Part shown: positions 1 through 10,200 of the stretch, in pieces
Layout of the letters: the number at the start of each line of letters is the position of its first letter
How positions within the stretch are numbered: position 1 is the stretch's first letter
IMG/VR virus record: IMGVR_UViG_3300008735_000002
Span: 55,016-119,015 of that record
Reading direction: 5' to 3' (one strand)
DNA length: 64,000 nucleotides
Origin: a virus
The notes under the pieces: generated by a model
Told to the model about the DNA's origin: nothing
Seen by the model: the letters and a program-made list of their open reading frames with translations, nothing else
Databases searched by the model: none
Program-made: the position numbers and the translations under genes

Positions 1-1267
1 TAGGAAAAACGATACCATCCTTGCCAGCCCTGTTTTTTGCGATGTAAAGTCTACCTGCACCGGTAGCTTTTTCTGTAGCTTTTCTAGATATCGAAACAAC
101 AAGGTCAGCGACCATCGCCTTTCCATACGCCTCTGACATATTCTCTAGACCAACGATATCCGAATTCGCAGAATCTCTATTGGCTTGAGAAGCTGTCCAA
201 ATTGGAATTCGAATCTCCATCGCAAGATTTCTTAGCTCTTCATAGATCAACTTTAATTCATGACGTAAAGAATCATATGACCTTGTTGAGCGCATAATGT
301 CTGCATAATCGATGATCAACACGCTCGGCTTAAATCCTCTTAAAGCTAATTTCTCGATGTGGTTTCTAAGCGTCGTAACAGACGGATATCCTGTAGGATA
401 TTCTTTGATAATCAACCTACCAAGATCAGAATTTCCTTCATAAAATTTCTTTACCTGTTCCTTATTACTCACGACGTCAGACGAAGAAATCCCGCACAGA
501 TTTGAATCATATCTAATTCCCACAGCTTGTTCTGTTAATTCAAATGTATAATGCAAGACGTTCTTTCCTCGTCGCATCGCATTCGCACCCATCTGAACTA
601 AATAATGGGATTTACCGACACCGGTATTCGCGGTGACGACACCAATCTCTCCCCTGCCCAATCCACCAGCTAAAACATCTTTTGCATCCAGCTCTGGTAT
701 TCCAGTAGGGCAAACGCAACGATTTGCGACGACAAAGCGCGCCTCCATGTCTTCAAAGAAATCATGACCAACAGTGTTTGAAAGCCCGATTGAAACAGCG
801 TTTTTCATAAGAGAAATAACCGATTCGAAATTATCACCCGCTATTAATTCTACAGACTTTTCTAATGCTTCTTTAAAAGCCTGCCTCTTACAAAAGTCTA
901 AAGACTTCTCTTTAACATACGCAATATCACCGGGGTGGGGATTCTCTTTTGCTCGAATAAGATAGCTTACGATCTGATCACGCAATAAAACATCTCCATC
1001 TTCGCTTAAAGAATCTTTGATAATGCTGATCAGCAAACCCTGCGTAGGGAAACATCGATATTCTAAAAAATACTTGAAATATTTCTCGCATAGATACTCA
1101 AGATATCGCAACTCAAAAAAATCAGGCCTCATCACCTCGACCATTTGAGCGGCCCATTGATGATCAGTTAAAAGTCCTTGTAAGATTTTCTCTTGAAAAG
1201 ACTTGTTATATTGTCGAAATTGCCCTCCCGGGATTTCGTTTAGTATGTCGTGGCTAAGAGCGCCCAT
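1..1267 (-). CDS. Replicative DNA helicase, DnaB/T4 gp41-like (3' end runs off the window)
   Basis: Hand translation from ATG at 1267 (MGALSHDILNEIPGG...) is open to the window edge. It contains Walker A (VTANTGVGKS), VLIIDYADIM and IWTASQ...IAKNRAG, which are SF4 helicase motifs. It is absent from the ORF track because no stop lies in the window. Confidence 0.93.
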   Translation of the reverse strand, partial: MGALSHDILNEIPGGQFRQYNKSFQEKILQGLLTDHQWAAQMVEVMRPDFFELRYLEYLCEKYFKYFLEYRCFPTQGLLISIIKDSLSEDGDVLLRDQIVSYLIRAKENPHPGDIAYVKEKSLDFCKRQAFKEALEKSVELIAGDNFESVISLMKNAVSIGLSNTVGHDFFEDMEARFVVANRCVCPTGIPELDAKDVLAGGLGRGEIGVVTANTGVGKSHYLVQMGANAMRRGKNVLHYTFELTEQAVGIRYDSNLCGISSSDVVSNKEQVKKFYEGNSDLGRLIIKEYPTGYPSVTTLRNHIEKLALRGFKPSVLIIDYADIMRSTRSYDSLRHELKLIYEELRNLAMEIRIPIWTASQANRDSANSDIVGLENMSEAYGKAMVADLVVSISRKATEKATGAGRLYIAKNRAGKDGIVFP

Positions 1268-1274
1268 TCTCACC

Positions 1275-2231
1275 TCATCCTAATGCTCGTAGTGTCATGA
1301 ACAATTTATCATAATCAAAATTGCGAATTCCAAGTTTCATCAAAGACCGAATAAATCCTAGTTTGTCTCTCTTTGTATCTTCCAGTTCTAGCGCGCCATC
1401 GATTTTCTGGACCTGGGTTCCAGATAAGTTTCCGTGTCCTAGATACATAAGCTTCCAATTTCTGCGAATCGTGACTTCGTGATTGATGATGCTATCATAA
1501 AGCTTCAAGCTCTTTTGTTTTCGAAGTTTTCTACATTTTGTAAGTATGTCGTCGACAGCCAGACTTTCTGGTTCTTTCAGGGTACCGAAGCGCTTTGCAA
1601 GACTCTTAAACCCAGCGCCAGGGACACCTTTTAGCCCGTCTGATCCGTCACCAACAAAGCATCTGGCTAAACAAAAATTTTTGGGATGAATGTTAAACTC
1701 ATCGACAACTTTTGTAGCAGTCCACTCCCTTTTGCTACCGGGGGACCACACCGAAATTCGATCATCGATCAATTGGTAAAAATCTTTGTCTGTGGAAATT
1801 ATAACACATCTCTCATCGCTGAAGTTAACGCTAACAAGTCTCGCTATAACATCATCAGCTTCACAATCTGATATATAAATTTGCGGAACACTTGCTTTCC
1901 TCAATAGGCTCACGAGCTGGGCTACTTGCTCGTTTCTATTTGAAACAGTGTTTGGTAAATCATCACCGGAATAAAATCGGTTTAGTTTCTCAGGACGTCT
2001 ACCTGCCTTATACGTCGGGTCAATCGATCGCCTCCGAGGAGAGCCGCCACCCTCCCAAACAACAACGATATCCTGTGGTGTATACCTCTCAGAAAGTAAC
2101 TGTAGACCTTTCAAGAATCCAACAATTCCTCCCACAGCATTTCCATTTTCCCCCATTGAAGGATTTGCGGCAAAGTGTCTATAGAAGCAATTCAGTCCAT
2201 CGATTATTAGAACGGGCTTAACTGGCATCAT
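1275..2231 (-). CDS. 5'-3' exonuclease / flap endonuclease (Pol I N-terminal domain / T4 RNase H family)
   Basis: LIIDGLN, EADDVIA, STDKDFYQL and a helix-hairpin-helix GDGSDGLKGVPGAG. Confidence 0.92.
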   Translation of the reverse strand: MMPVKPVLIIDGLNCFYRHFAANPSMGENGNAVGGIVGFLKGLQLLSERYTPQDIVVVWEGGGSPRRRSIDPTYKAGRRPEKLNRFYSGDDLPNTVSNRNEQVAQLVSLLRKASVPQIYISDCEADDVIARLVSVNFSDERCVIISTDKDFYQLIDDRISVWSPGSKREWTATKVVDEFNIHPKNFCLARCFVGDGSDGLKGVPGAGFKSLAKRFGTLKEPESLAVDDILTKCRKLRKQKSLKLYDSIINHEVTIRRNWKLMYLGHGNLSGTQVQKIDGALELEDTKRDKLGFIRSLMKLGIRNFDYDKLFMTLRALG

Positions 2232-3418
2232 TCATTTAGATCAGGCAGATCATCAAGGTTAATTTCCATTGCAGCTGCTCGCACCTCTTCGTAAGACTCA
2301 GTGTCAAGCGTCGCATGCTCATCATCAGACATTTTTCTAATCATACACGCGCTAAGAAGAGAATCGATATAACGTCTATATGCAGTGTCTTTCCACACAC
2401 CACCAAAATCAGCCTTGTAGAATTTCTTTTCTATCTCTATTTCACCAGTCTTTGTGTCGGTCACTGTTAGATTCTTCCACGCGCTGGTTCCCTTTACACA
2501 AATTTCTTTTCCATCGATAATTTCAGGACCGTGTTTTCTTAGCTCGTCAAATACTTGCTCATGTTCCACAATCCCTTTGCCGAAGTGTATCTCGAAATTA
2601 CACTCTCTGAAGGGCGGCGCAACCTTATTCTTAATAGTCTTAGCACGAACGTGAATGCCAATAACCTCTTTATTTTTATTGGTGATCTGCTGTCCTGCTC
2701 CCAGCTTGATTCGTACTGATGAATGGAAAGGTATCGCCTTACCACCGGGGGTTGTAGTGGGGTCACCGTACATGACTCCGATCTTTGTTCGAATTTGGTT
2801 TAGACAAATGAATAGCACGTTCTGGTTCGCAATAACCCCCGTAATTTTTCGCATTCCCTTAGAAATAGCTCTAGCCTGTAGGCCTATAGAATTTTGTTCA
2901 TAAGTTCCATCTAGCTCAGCCTTTGGAGATGAAGCCGCAACAGAATCCCAAATAATCGTAACGGGAACGTCTTTATCCATCGCTTTTGCTTTTAGTATCG
3001 TTGATTCCGCGATGCCTAAAACCTCTTCTGTGCAGTGCGTGTCGACATACACAAAACGCTTTGTGATGTCAACCCCAAGCAACCCAAGATTTTCAACAGA
3101 CGTTGCATTTTCAGTATCGATGTAAACAACAATACCGCCCAACTGTTGGGTTGAGCGAGCTATCTGAATTGCAATATGAGATTTTCCTATTGAAGGAGGA
3201 CCGAATATCTCTATGATTCTTCCTTCTGGTAAGCCGCCATCACTGCGATTTGCGATGATGTAATCAAGCTGTTCTGAGCCAGTGCTAATCCATCGATTAA
3301 CATGAGTTGGTGACTCATCGGTTGAAAGATTATACGCCACTCTAGAACCATGCTCTTTATTAAGAGACTTGATTAGGTCAGAAGTGAAATCATCGCCGCC
3401 ACCTTTTTTCTTTGCCAT
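2228..3418 (-). CDS. recA: RecA/UvsX-family recombinase
   Basis: STGSEQLD, GGLPEGRIIEIFGPPSIGKS (Walker A), IIWDSVAA, GLQARAISKGMRK, NQIRTK, GGKAIPFHSS, KNKVAPPFR. Start moved to ATG 3418 (GAGG RBS and promoter upstream); the ORF track starts at 3484. Confidence 0.96.
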   Translation of the reverse strand: MAKKKGGGDDFTSDLIKSLNKEHGSRVAYNLSTDESPTHVNRWISTGSEQLDYIIANRSDGGLPEGRIIEIFGPPSIGKSHIAIQIARSTQQLGGIVVYIDTENATSVENLGLLGVDITKRFVYVDTHCTEEVLGIAESTILKAKAMDKDVPVTIIWDSVAASSPKAELDGTYEQNSIGLQARAISKGMRKITGVIANQNVLFICLNQIRTKIGVMYGDPTTTPGGKAIPFHSSVRIKLGAGQQITNKNKEVIGIHVRAKTIKNKVAPPFRECNFEIHFGKGIVEHEQVFDELRKHGPEIIDGKEICVKGTSAWKNLTVTDTKTGEIEIEKKFYKADFGGVWKDTAYRRYIDSLLSACMIRKMSDDEHATLDTESYEEVRAAAMEINLDDLPDLNE

Positions 3419-3436
3419 ATTATTACCTCGTAAAAG

Positions 3437-3465
3437 ATTATAGGAAAAAAAGCTGTAGTGTTCAA
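3437..3465 (-). promoter_or_regulatory. sigma70-like promoter for recA
   Basis: Minus strand TTGAAC-N17-TATAAT immediately upstream of the RBS. Confidence 0.75.
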
Positions 3466-3497
3466 ATAAAAAGGGAAGAGGCAACGCCTCTTCCCTT
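3465..3497 (-). terminator. Intrinsic terminator after ssb
   Basis: 12-bp inverted repeat AAGGGAAGAGGC/GCCTCTTCCCTT with a 3-nt loop, running into TTTTTATTT on the minus strand. Confidence 0.85.
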
Positions 3498-3524
3498 GGG
3501 TGAGATGATCTCGTAGACTACAGA

Positions 3525-4319
3525 CTAAAAGTCGTCATCCTCAAGATCGGCGAACGCGTCATCAAGGCTCTTGAACTTAGACTCGATATTTTTTGGTGCG
3601 GAGCTAGTGGTAGTATTACCGTTGAATCCGCGGCTCGTTCCACCCTCATCTGTTTCAGCGTCATCACCTTCTAGCCAATCGTTGATAATCTTCGCTAGCG
3701 CTTCATACGCCTTCGCTTCATAAAGATCGTCGATTACTGGAATCGATTCTGTCCATGTTGCAGCCTGCTTATTATCCTTAGAAAGAGGTGATTGCTTTCC
3801 TCGTGGACGGACTTCAGTCGTCGCCCACATGCGTCCCGGCGCCTTGGTACAGATTACCTTAACATCACGACCATCAGTCGGGTCAGTAATATCGCCGTAA
3901 TCTTCATCGAGCATAATGTTCAGCAAGGACTGATAAACTGTCTTACCGAAAGACCAGACTCGAACACCCTTATCTTCTTCGCCGCGAACGATTACCGGGG
4001 CATAATAGCGAGCCTTAGGATATAGCTTCTTACAAAGCTCGTAAGACTCCTTTGTGCCCTCATCCCTAAGCTTGGTAATCAACTCCTGAACAGGGTCTGG
4101 ATTACCGAACTGGTAAGGTGCTAGAAGACCGGGATTATTTCCGATGTTATAATAAAACCAACGCTCTGAGAATGGAAGTCCATCATCATTATCGCTGAAT
4201 GCCATAAGACGAACTACGCTTTCTTCGCCTTCTTGGGGACGCCAAAGTACATTTCGACGTGAGTTATTGCCAGATAGCTGGCCAAGCTTCTTACGAAGCG
4301 CTTCCATATCAATTGCCAT
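3525..4319 (-). CDS. Single-stranded DNA-binding protein, T4 gp32-like
   Basis: gp32-like core (WRPQEG...VRLM, RYYAPVIVRG, GVRVWSFGKTVY, DITDPTDGRD) and an acidic C-terminal tail (DAFADLEDDDF). Located next to recA and the helicase. Confidence 0.8.
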   Translation of the reverse strand: MAIDMEALRKKLGQLSGNNSRRNVLWRPQEGEESVVRLMAFSDNDDGLPFSERWFYYNIGNNPGLLAPYQFGNPDPVQELITKLRDEGTKESYELCKKLYPKARYYAPVIVRGEEDKGVRVWSFGKTVYQSLLNIMLDEDYGDITDPTDGRDVKVICTKAPGRMWATTEVRPRGKQSPLSKDNKQAATWTESIPVIDDLYEAKAYEALAKIINDWLEGDDAETDEGGTSRGFNGNTTTSSAPKNIESKFKSLDDAFADLEDDDF

Positions 4320-4379
4320 TTTTTCTCCAAATGTTTAGTGTGCAATGTTTAATTGTCATGTGTCCGTAAGGACATTTAT

Positions 4380-4408
4380 AGTATAATAGTTGGTAGTCAG
4401 TTTTTCAA
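4380..4408 (-). promoter_or_regulatory. sigma70-like promoter for ssb
   Basis: Minus strand TTGAAA-N17-TATACT. Confidence 0.7.
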
Positions 4409-4409
4409 A

Positions 4410-4658
4410 TTATTTTTTAGCTATTTTTGCGCCGCCAAAAGCTGAAGCGTTTGCCTTCTCGGCATCCTTACGCCTTTTCCTTCTTTCTCCAGAAGGACCG
4501 CGACCTAAGGGAACCATAGGCCCCGGGACGCCACCAGAACTTTGCTCATCATGGTGGCTCTCATCATCATCTTCCCTCTCATCCTCTGCACTTAGATCAG
4601 GTTCACCCAGAACTTCTTCTTCAATCAAGAGTCGTATGTATTCCCGAAGGCTATCCAT
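4410..4658 (-). CDS. Small hypothetical protein (N-terminal LREYIRLLIEEE helix, acidic middle, basic tail)
   Basis: 82-aa ORF filling the gap in a co-oriented gene run. Confidence 0.65.
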   Translation of the reverse strand: MDSLREYIRLLIEEEVLGEPDLSAEDEREDDDESHHDEQSSGGVPGPMVPLGRGPSGERRKRRKDAEKANASAFGGAKIAKK

Positions 4659-4666
4659 ACTTTTAA

Positions 4667-5506
4667 TTATTCAGAAAAACGATGTTTGGGCTCTATTTCG
4701 AAATATTGCGGCTCAACTTTAGAAAGATTTTCAACGAGCCATTGACACTCACGTTCTGCGGCGTCTTTCGTGTTCGTGGCTTTCCACCAACAAACAAGAT
4801 CAGGATTCCAACGATATCGACCCTGCTTTAAGATTACATTCTCTTCCCGCAAAGATCCAGCTGCAAATACATGATAATCTGGAGCTACAGCATTCTCAAG
4901 AAGCTCTTTCATGTAATGTTTCTTTCGTAGGAGATGAAGAGTCGCATCAACATCTGACTCTGCGTTATGGGAATCGTAATAGAAGCCGTGCCATGCACAC
5001 AAGACCTCTAAAGCCTTAGAGCACCGAACCGTACCAGTCCAATCAACTTGAGACATCGAACAACCCCAGATGGCATCTTCGGGCACGGAGCATCCGTTAT
5101 TTCTTATGGCTTGCTCTATCCACTTTCTATCAAAAGAAGCATTATGAGCGATGATGAATTGACACCGTCCAAGGATAGATGAAATGCGATCCCATGGGAT
5201 TGACTTACCCTCCAAGTCTTCATCCACAAACCCGGTTATCTCTGTAATAATCGAAGGTAGTGGAGAGGAGGGCTGTTGCATTTCGACGAGCGTTTTCTTT
5301 AGTCCGGAGACTTCACCCGTTTTAAGGCTTACAAAAAATGGACGGACCGCAATTTGGATCACTTCATCTTTCTGGTGGTTAAGCCCGGTTGTCTCAACAT
5401 CTACAATAGCAGCAACTACGTCACCATCTTCCGGGGTTCGATCTGGTGGCCTTAAAGCATCCAGCTTACTTAAGATAATCTGTCCGTCTTGTTCTAAATG
5501 CTTCAT
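4667..5506 (-). CDS. DEDDh 3'-5' exonuclease, DNA polymerase III epsilon-like
   Basis: Exo I IVDVETTG, Exo II IAHNASFD, Exo III HNAESD. Confidence 0.9.
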   Translation of the reverse strand: MKHLEQDGQIILSKLDALRPPDRTPEDGDVVAAIVDVETTGLNHQKDEVIQIAVRPFFVSLKTGEVSGLKKTLVEMQQPSSPLPSIITEITGFVDEDLEGKSIPWDRISSILGRCQFIIAHNASFDRKWIEQAIRNNGCSVPEDAIWGCSMSQVDWTGTVRCSKALEVLCAWHGFYYDSHNAESDVDATLHLLRKKHYMKELLENAVAPDYHVFAAGSLREENVILKQGRYRWNPDLVCWWKATNTKDAAERECQWLVENLSKVEPQYFEIEPKHRFSE

Positions 5507-5530
5507 TAACGCTCCACAAATGCTATTAAA

Positions 5531-5559
5531 ATAATAGAGCCAACTTGCAAAGTGTACAA
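5531..5559 (-). promoter_or_regulatory. sigma70-like promoter for the exonuclease
   Basis: Minus strand TTGTAC-N17-TATTAT upstream of a GGAG RBS. Confidence 0.6.
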
Positions 5560-5566
5560 CCTAAAG

Positions 5567-6076
5567 TTACCAGCTCCCCTTTATTTCTGAAGCGTAAACA
5601 ACTACACCTTCACCGTCCACTTGGATCTGAAGCGGTTCATTCGATTTTAGTAAGCCAGCTTTCATAGCTCCCATCAAAGTATGGTGAAGAAACTTCGCTC
5701 CATTCCGGGCGTTTAATTCGCCCATTGAAATACGAAGGCCAGGATTACCACCCTTCGAAACTTTCTTAACGCCGCCGTAGGCTAACTGCATTACCTCTGC
5801 ACCCCCGATGGCTTGCTGGATAATCTTTCCAGCACCGTCGAAGTTAGAACCACCGCTCGATACCTCGAGGTTCTTCATCAACTGCTTGGGGTCCTTTGTC
5901 GCCAACGCACCAGCATCCGCGACAGCTTTGGTGAACGCGCCTCCGCCAACTGACAAACCGATCTCACCCGCTTTTATCTTTACAACTTTCTTCTTATTAC
6001 CACGCCCTTTCGGTTTTTCTTCTTCACCCTCGGTGAGGACTTGTTGAATAATTTGTCTTATCTGTTGCTCATTCAT
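5567..6076 (-). CDS. Hypothetical protein (N-terminal IRQIIQQVLTE helix)
   Basis: 169-aa ORF overlapping the upstream stop, consistent with translational coupling. Confidence 0.7.
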   Translation of the reverse strand: MNEQQIRQIIQQVLTEGEEEKPKGRGNKKKVVKIKAGEIGLSVGGGAFTKAVADAGALATKDPKQLMKNLEVSSGGSNFDGAGKIIQQAIGGAEVMQLAYGGVKKVSKGGNPGLRISMGELNARNGAKFLHHTLMGAMKAGLLKSNEPLQIQVDGEGVVVYASEIKGSW

Positions 6077-7265
6077 AATGGTTAAACTCTTTTATCTTAA
6101 GTGGAAAATTTCCTAATCCCGGTACGCTGTACCCTATATCTACATATCTTTTAATATCGTCTAAATGCTCATTATTAACATCAATAATCAACGCATCGTG
6201 AATTACGAAAAGTGGACGGCACTGTTTCGAAAACTTCTGCACAAAATGACTAAACCCCGCAATCGCGACATCAGCAGCAGTCGACTGAAGATAATTATTG
6301 ATTAGAATACTTTCTCTTGCATTATCGACATCAATTGGCCGACCAAAATAATTCTGTATAATACCTTCTTTTGCTTGCTGAAACAAATGCCTCTTTAACG
6401 CTGATAGCTTGAAATATTCACTCACAGCACGTACAAGTTGTCTAGCAGTTATATCGACAGTCTCGGTAGCCAACAGTTTATTAAGCCTGGAATTACCTGC
6501 CCCATAAAGCGAACAAAGCACCGCGAGCTTCGCAGTGTCCCTTGATACTTTGACCCCCGTAGTTTCGAGGAAAGAAAGATACACGTCATTTGACGCATGC
6601 ACATTCGCAAAGTTTAAAGCGACTCTTGGTTCGAGAGAAACAAAGTCAATTTCGAATAATCTCGAATTAGATTTTCTTGGTGCGAAAATACTTCGAAATT
6701 CTTTCTTAAGCGTCAAAACTTGCGGACCTGATTTGATGGTCAACCTGCCCGTCTTTGTAGAAACCCTATCATAGAATGGTACGTTTAGCAAGGAATCATG
6801 AGAACCAGACAACATATGACGAAGCACATGAGAATCGTTAGTTCGAATGAGTTTCTGTAATAAGACTTTGTCCACCTTCGCGCGCTCAAGTCTTGAAAAC
6901 AATCGATTCGAATCTACAAAGAACGATGGATATTTGCTTTCAACAAAAAGCTCTTCTATCTTCGCCAGGTCTTCGACATAACTCCTAAAATTTTCCTTAA
7001 AGACTTCCCGCGGTAGAACAAATCTCCATGGAATTATCTTGGGGCCGTTTAGGTCTAAAAAGCTCTTTCGAAATTTTGCAGGTACAAAGTCTGGCATTTC
7101 TATACCATACAAACGTAATAGCGGCTCAAGAGAATCTGGTCGACCCTCACATCCCAGCACAAAATACTCACCGACCCCAATATCGCTAGTCCACCTAACC
7201 TGATTACCGCTAATGACCATGTGAGTCTCGGTCCCTAGATAATTTTTATGTAAGAGAATCGGCAT
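6069..7265 (-). CDS. Family A DNA polymerase, polymerase domain only
   Basis: TKTGRL, motif A IDFVSLEPRV, motif B RDTAK...YG, NNYLQSTAAD and motif C IHDAL. No recognisable exonuclease motifs in 398 aa. Confidence 0.85.
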   Translation of the reverse strand: MPILLHKNYLGTETHMVISGNQVRWTSDIGVGEYFVLGCEGRPDSLEPLLRLYGIEMPDFVPAKFRKSFLDLNGPKIIPWRFVLPREVFKENFRSYVEDLAKIEELFVESKYPSFFVDSNRLFSRLERAKVDKVLLQKLIRTNDSHVLRHMLSGSHDSLLNVPFYDRVSTKTGRLTIKSGPQVLTLKKEFRSIFAPRKSNSRLFEIDFVSLEPRVALNFANVHASNDVYLSFLETTGVKVSRDTAKLAVLCSLYGAGNSRLNKLLATETVDITARQLVRAVSEYFKLSALKRHLFQQAKEGIIQNYFGRPIDVDNARESILINNYLQSTAADVAIAGFSHFVQKFSKQCRPLFVIHDALIIDVNNEHLDDIKRYVDIGYSVPGLGNFPLKIKEFNHYE

Positions 7266-7299
7266 CCTTTAATTTAAGAAGAAGAATGCTATTGTTCAG

Positions 7300-10200
7300 C
7301 TAATCAGCTTCGGAAAGAGCCGACAAGGCAGTTTTCACATTTCCAAACATACTGATGTATTTACCAAACGCATCAACCTGAGTCATCTTCAATTTCGTCT
7401 CAAATTTCCCTTGCTCTATAGTATGATCGATACCTGTCACAACAAACACGTTGTCGATTGTCGTGCCAGTTCCAAAATCGACAAAAAACTGCTGGCCATA
7501 ACTCACCATCGGACAGCCATACGTCGACAATGAAAGCGAAACAGGGGTTGTCTGCAACGGAAGTCCTGCATCACGCGATCCTTGTGGACCATCGCCACCA
7601 CCCTGACCGGCGCGCAGCATATTAACAGAAGCTAATTTAGAATTATTCATTGATGATAGATCAGCGCTCAATACAGCAGAGTTTGAACTACCGTAAATTA
7701 TCGACGGCATGCTACTCATCATAAAGTTTTTCAAGGCTGGAAAACCACCTTTCATCCTAAAATATGTTTCATCTAAATCAATGTCTGATAGCTGTGGAGG
7801 ATCTGTTGTTGTAGTCGGAACTGGCTCCATAATACCCGCATCCATTGCGGCCTGTAGGCCTTCGTAGAAAGCTGTCGTGTGATCCACACTCGCTCCTTCA
7901 GTACTAGAATCCGCATCCTCAACTTCGCCTGGGACGCCGCCGGCGGCTGATGAAAGCAAACCGATAGAATCGCTCCTTGCAGCGGTCATCATTTTCATGA
8001 GGGACGGATAGGCACCACAAGTGGTGTCATAAACATGGATGCGTAATATCGTGCCCCTCTTTCCTCGGGGATGAGTACCGACTTTACAAGGTACCGCTTG
8101 CATCTCCATCTTGATACGTGGCATCTTGAATTCAATGTCTGCATCTTCTCCATAGGCATCTTCTAAACGCTTTTTCTTTTCATCATTTAGCGCAGTAGCA
8201 TCCTCTGAAAATTCTTCCTTCATCGACGTCTCGCCCTCATCATCAGTTTCATAAAGGGCCGTGAGACCGTAAACATAAGATGCCTGATTGTGAATAAATT
8301 CTTTCGAAACAAAGCTCAAAAAAGCGCTAAGAGGAATATTGACAGTCGTCTGTGTCCGCTCTTCGAACTTTGCCTCAAAATCTTCAATTCTTATCGGGAT
8401 CTGGGCAATATTCAATATTGATAAATAACTTGATTTATCGTTGACAGGATAAAAGACAAACTGAATCTCGTCAAAGCGCCTGGTCGATGCCAGCGGTTTT
8501 CCAACCATATACAACAACATTGCCCCAAAAGAAACAAATTTTGGATCGTTATATCTCGCATTCACATACTTGGTACTACCATGAGCGCCCCGAACAGTGA
8601 AGGCAAATGGATCCTTACCGTTTTGGCGCATACTCTTTAAGTGCTGGATCTTTGACGCGACGGCATCTGCAATTGTTTGTTTTGCTGCTTCCGCTACACC
8701 ACCCGTCCCGCTAGACCCGAACATTTCTTCTAAAGTGTCTCGTAGATCCGCTGTCGCTGGATCAGTTGTATTTCTCTTGGCAGCAATAAAGGCTTTTATG
8801 GCGTCAGCAGTCTCTTGATCAACAGTCATTGCAGAACTAGTATCAGAAGCTGCTGTCATAAAAGACGACCCAAACATGTCTTTAGCTGCCGCTGTATCAC
8901 CCGTTGCTTCAGCATCATCCATAATCTGCTCTTTAATAACCGCAATCGCTTCAGTCAACTCTTTCATAACCTCTAATACGTTATCAACATCTTCTCCCTG
9001 GCTAAGGTTCGCAGTATCAACATTAGCAGAGCCCTTCATAGAAAGCTTAAGCTTGATCTTAACCTGACCCACTTCATCAAATGAAAATGAGCTATTAACG
9101 ACCATATATTTTTTAGTGACCTTCATTAAGTCTAGGAACGCGCCGTAGAAATTACCAGAAAGCTGGCCCGCATTTGGGCCGGCTGCTATTGTATGACCAG
9201 AAGGATCGGGATGAGACCACCCGTAGGTTATCAAGAGTTCAGTATGTCCGTATAAGTCTGGTTTAACAAATTCAGATATTTCTGATATTCGAGACCTGTC
9301 ATGCATGGTCAGAGACAATTCAGCTGTTTCATGAGACATCATTCCTGAGGAGGGTGTGACAGAAACACTAAACCCCTCAATCGACATCATGGGCCTAAAA
9401 GGATCTATGATCCCTGCGCCACGACGTCCACCGACAGATGGAAGATCTTCTACATCACCACTTGACCCTCCAGAAGCTGCCTGGAAAGGCTCATAATCTT
9501 CATAACGCTCCATTCGAGCATCGGGCCCTGTACCGATAACTGGTACAAGGGTTTGTGGCGCAGTAAACATCTCCATACCAGATGTTGCGATAGCTGGATC
9601 CGGGTCTTCCTCTTCATCTGCATCTTCACCAGGAGGGTACGCGGCATCATACGCGTCAGCCGCTTGTTGTTGTTGTTCAAATTCATAAAGCGCGGACTCG
9701 TCTAAAGCAGATGCCATAAAATAATCTGCTGTATCCTCTTCAATCTGACTACTACCTAGCAAAAATTGCATCAGTCCCATAGTCTGAATTCGATTGTCAT
9801 CCCCAAGAGAACGCCTATTAGTGATCACCGTTATGTCAAGATAAGGTTGGCATCTCGAAATTTCTAAAGTCGGTAATGAAGTCATGAAAAGCGCAACAGC
9901 ACCAGTGTCTCTTTTTGCGGGGGTCAACTTAGGACTCAAGATCTGAAGTGCACCAAGACTGGGGGTGAATTTCGTTGGTGAAGCAAACGCACCATTGATT
10001 GCGCCTTCACCTTCGTCAGTGATTTTGCAACAGTCTTTTACTGAATATCTACTGACTATCCACTCCCCCGCACCGGTGGGGACTCCCGAAGGTAAAGATA
10101 CGCTTTCAAAAGCTTCCGGCTCACCCACAAAACGATAAAGTTTCTTTGACAACGCAGTCATGTCTGAAACTTCTCCAGACGTAGAACCATTCATCAAATC

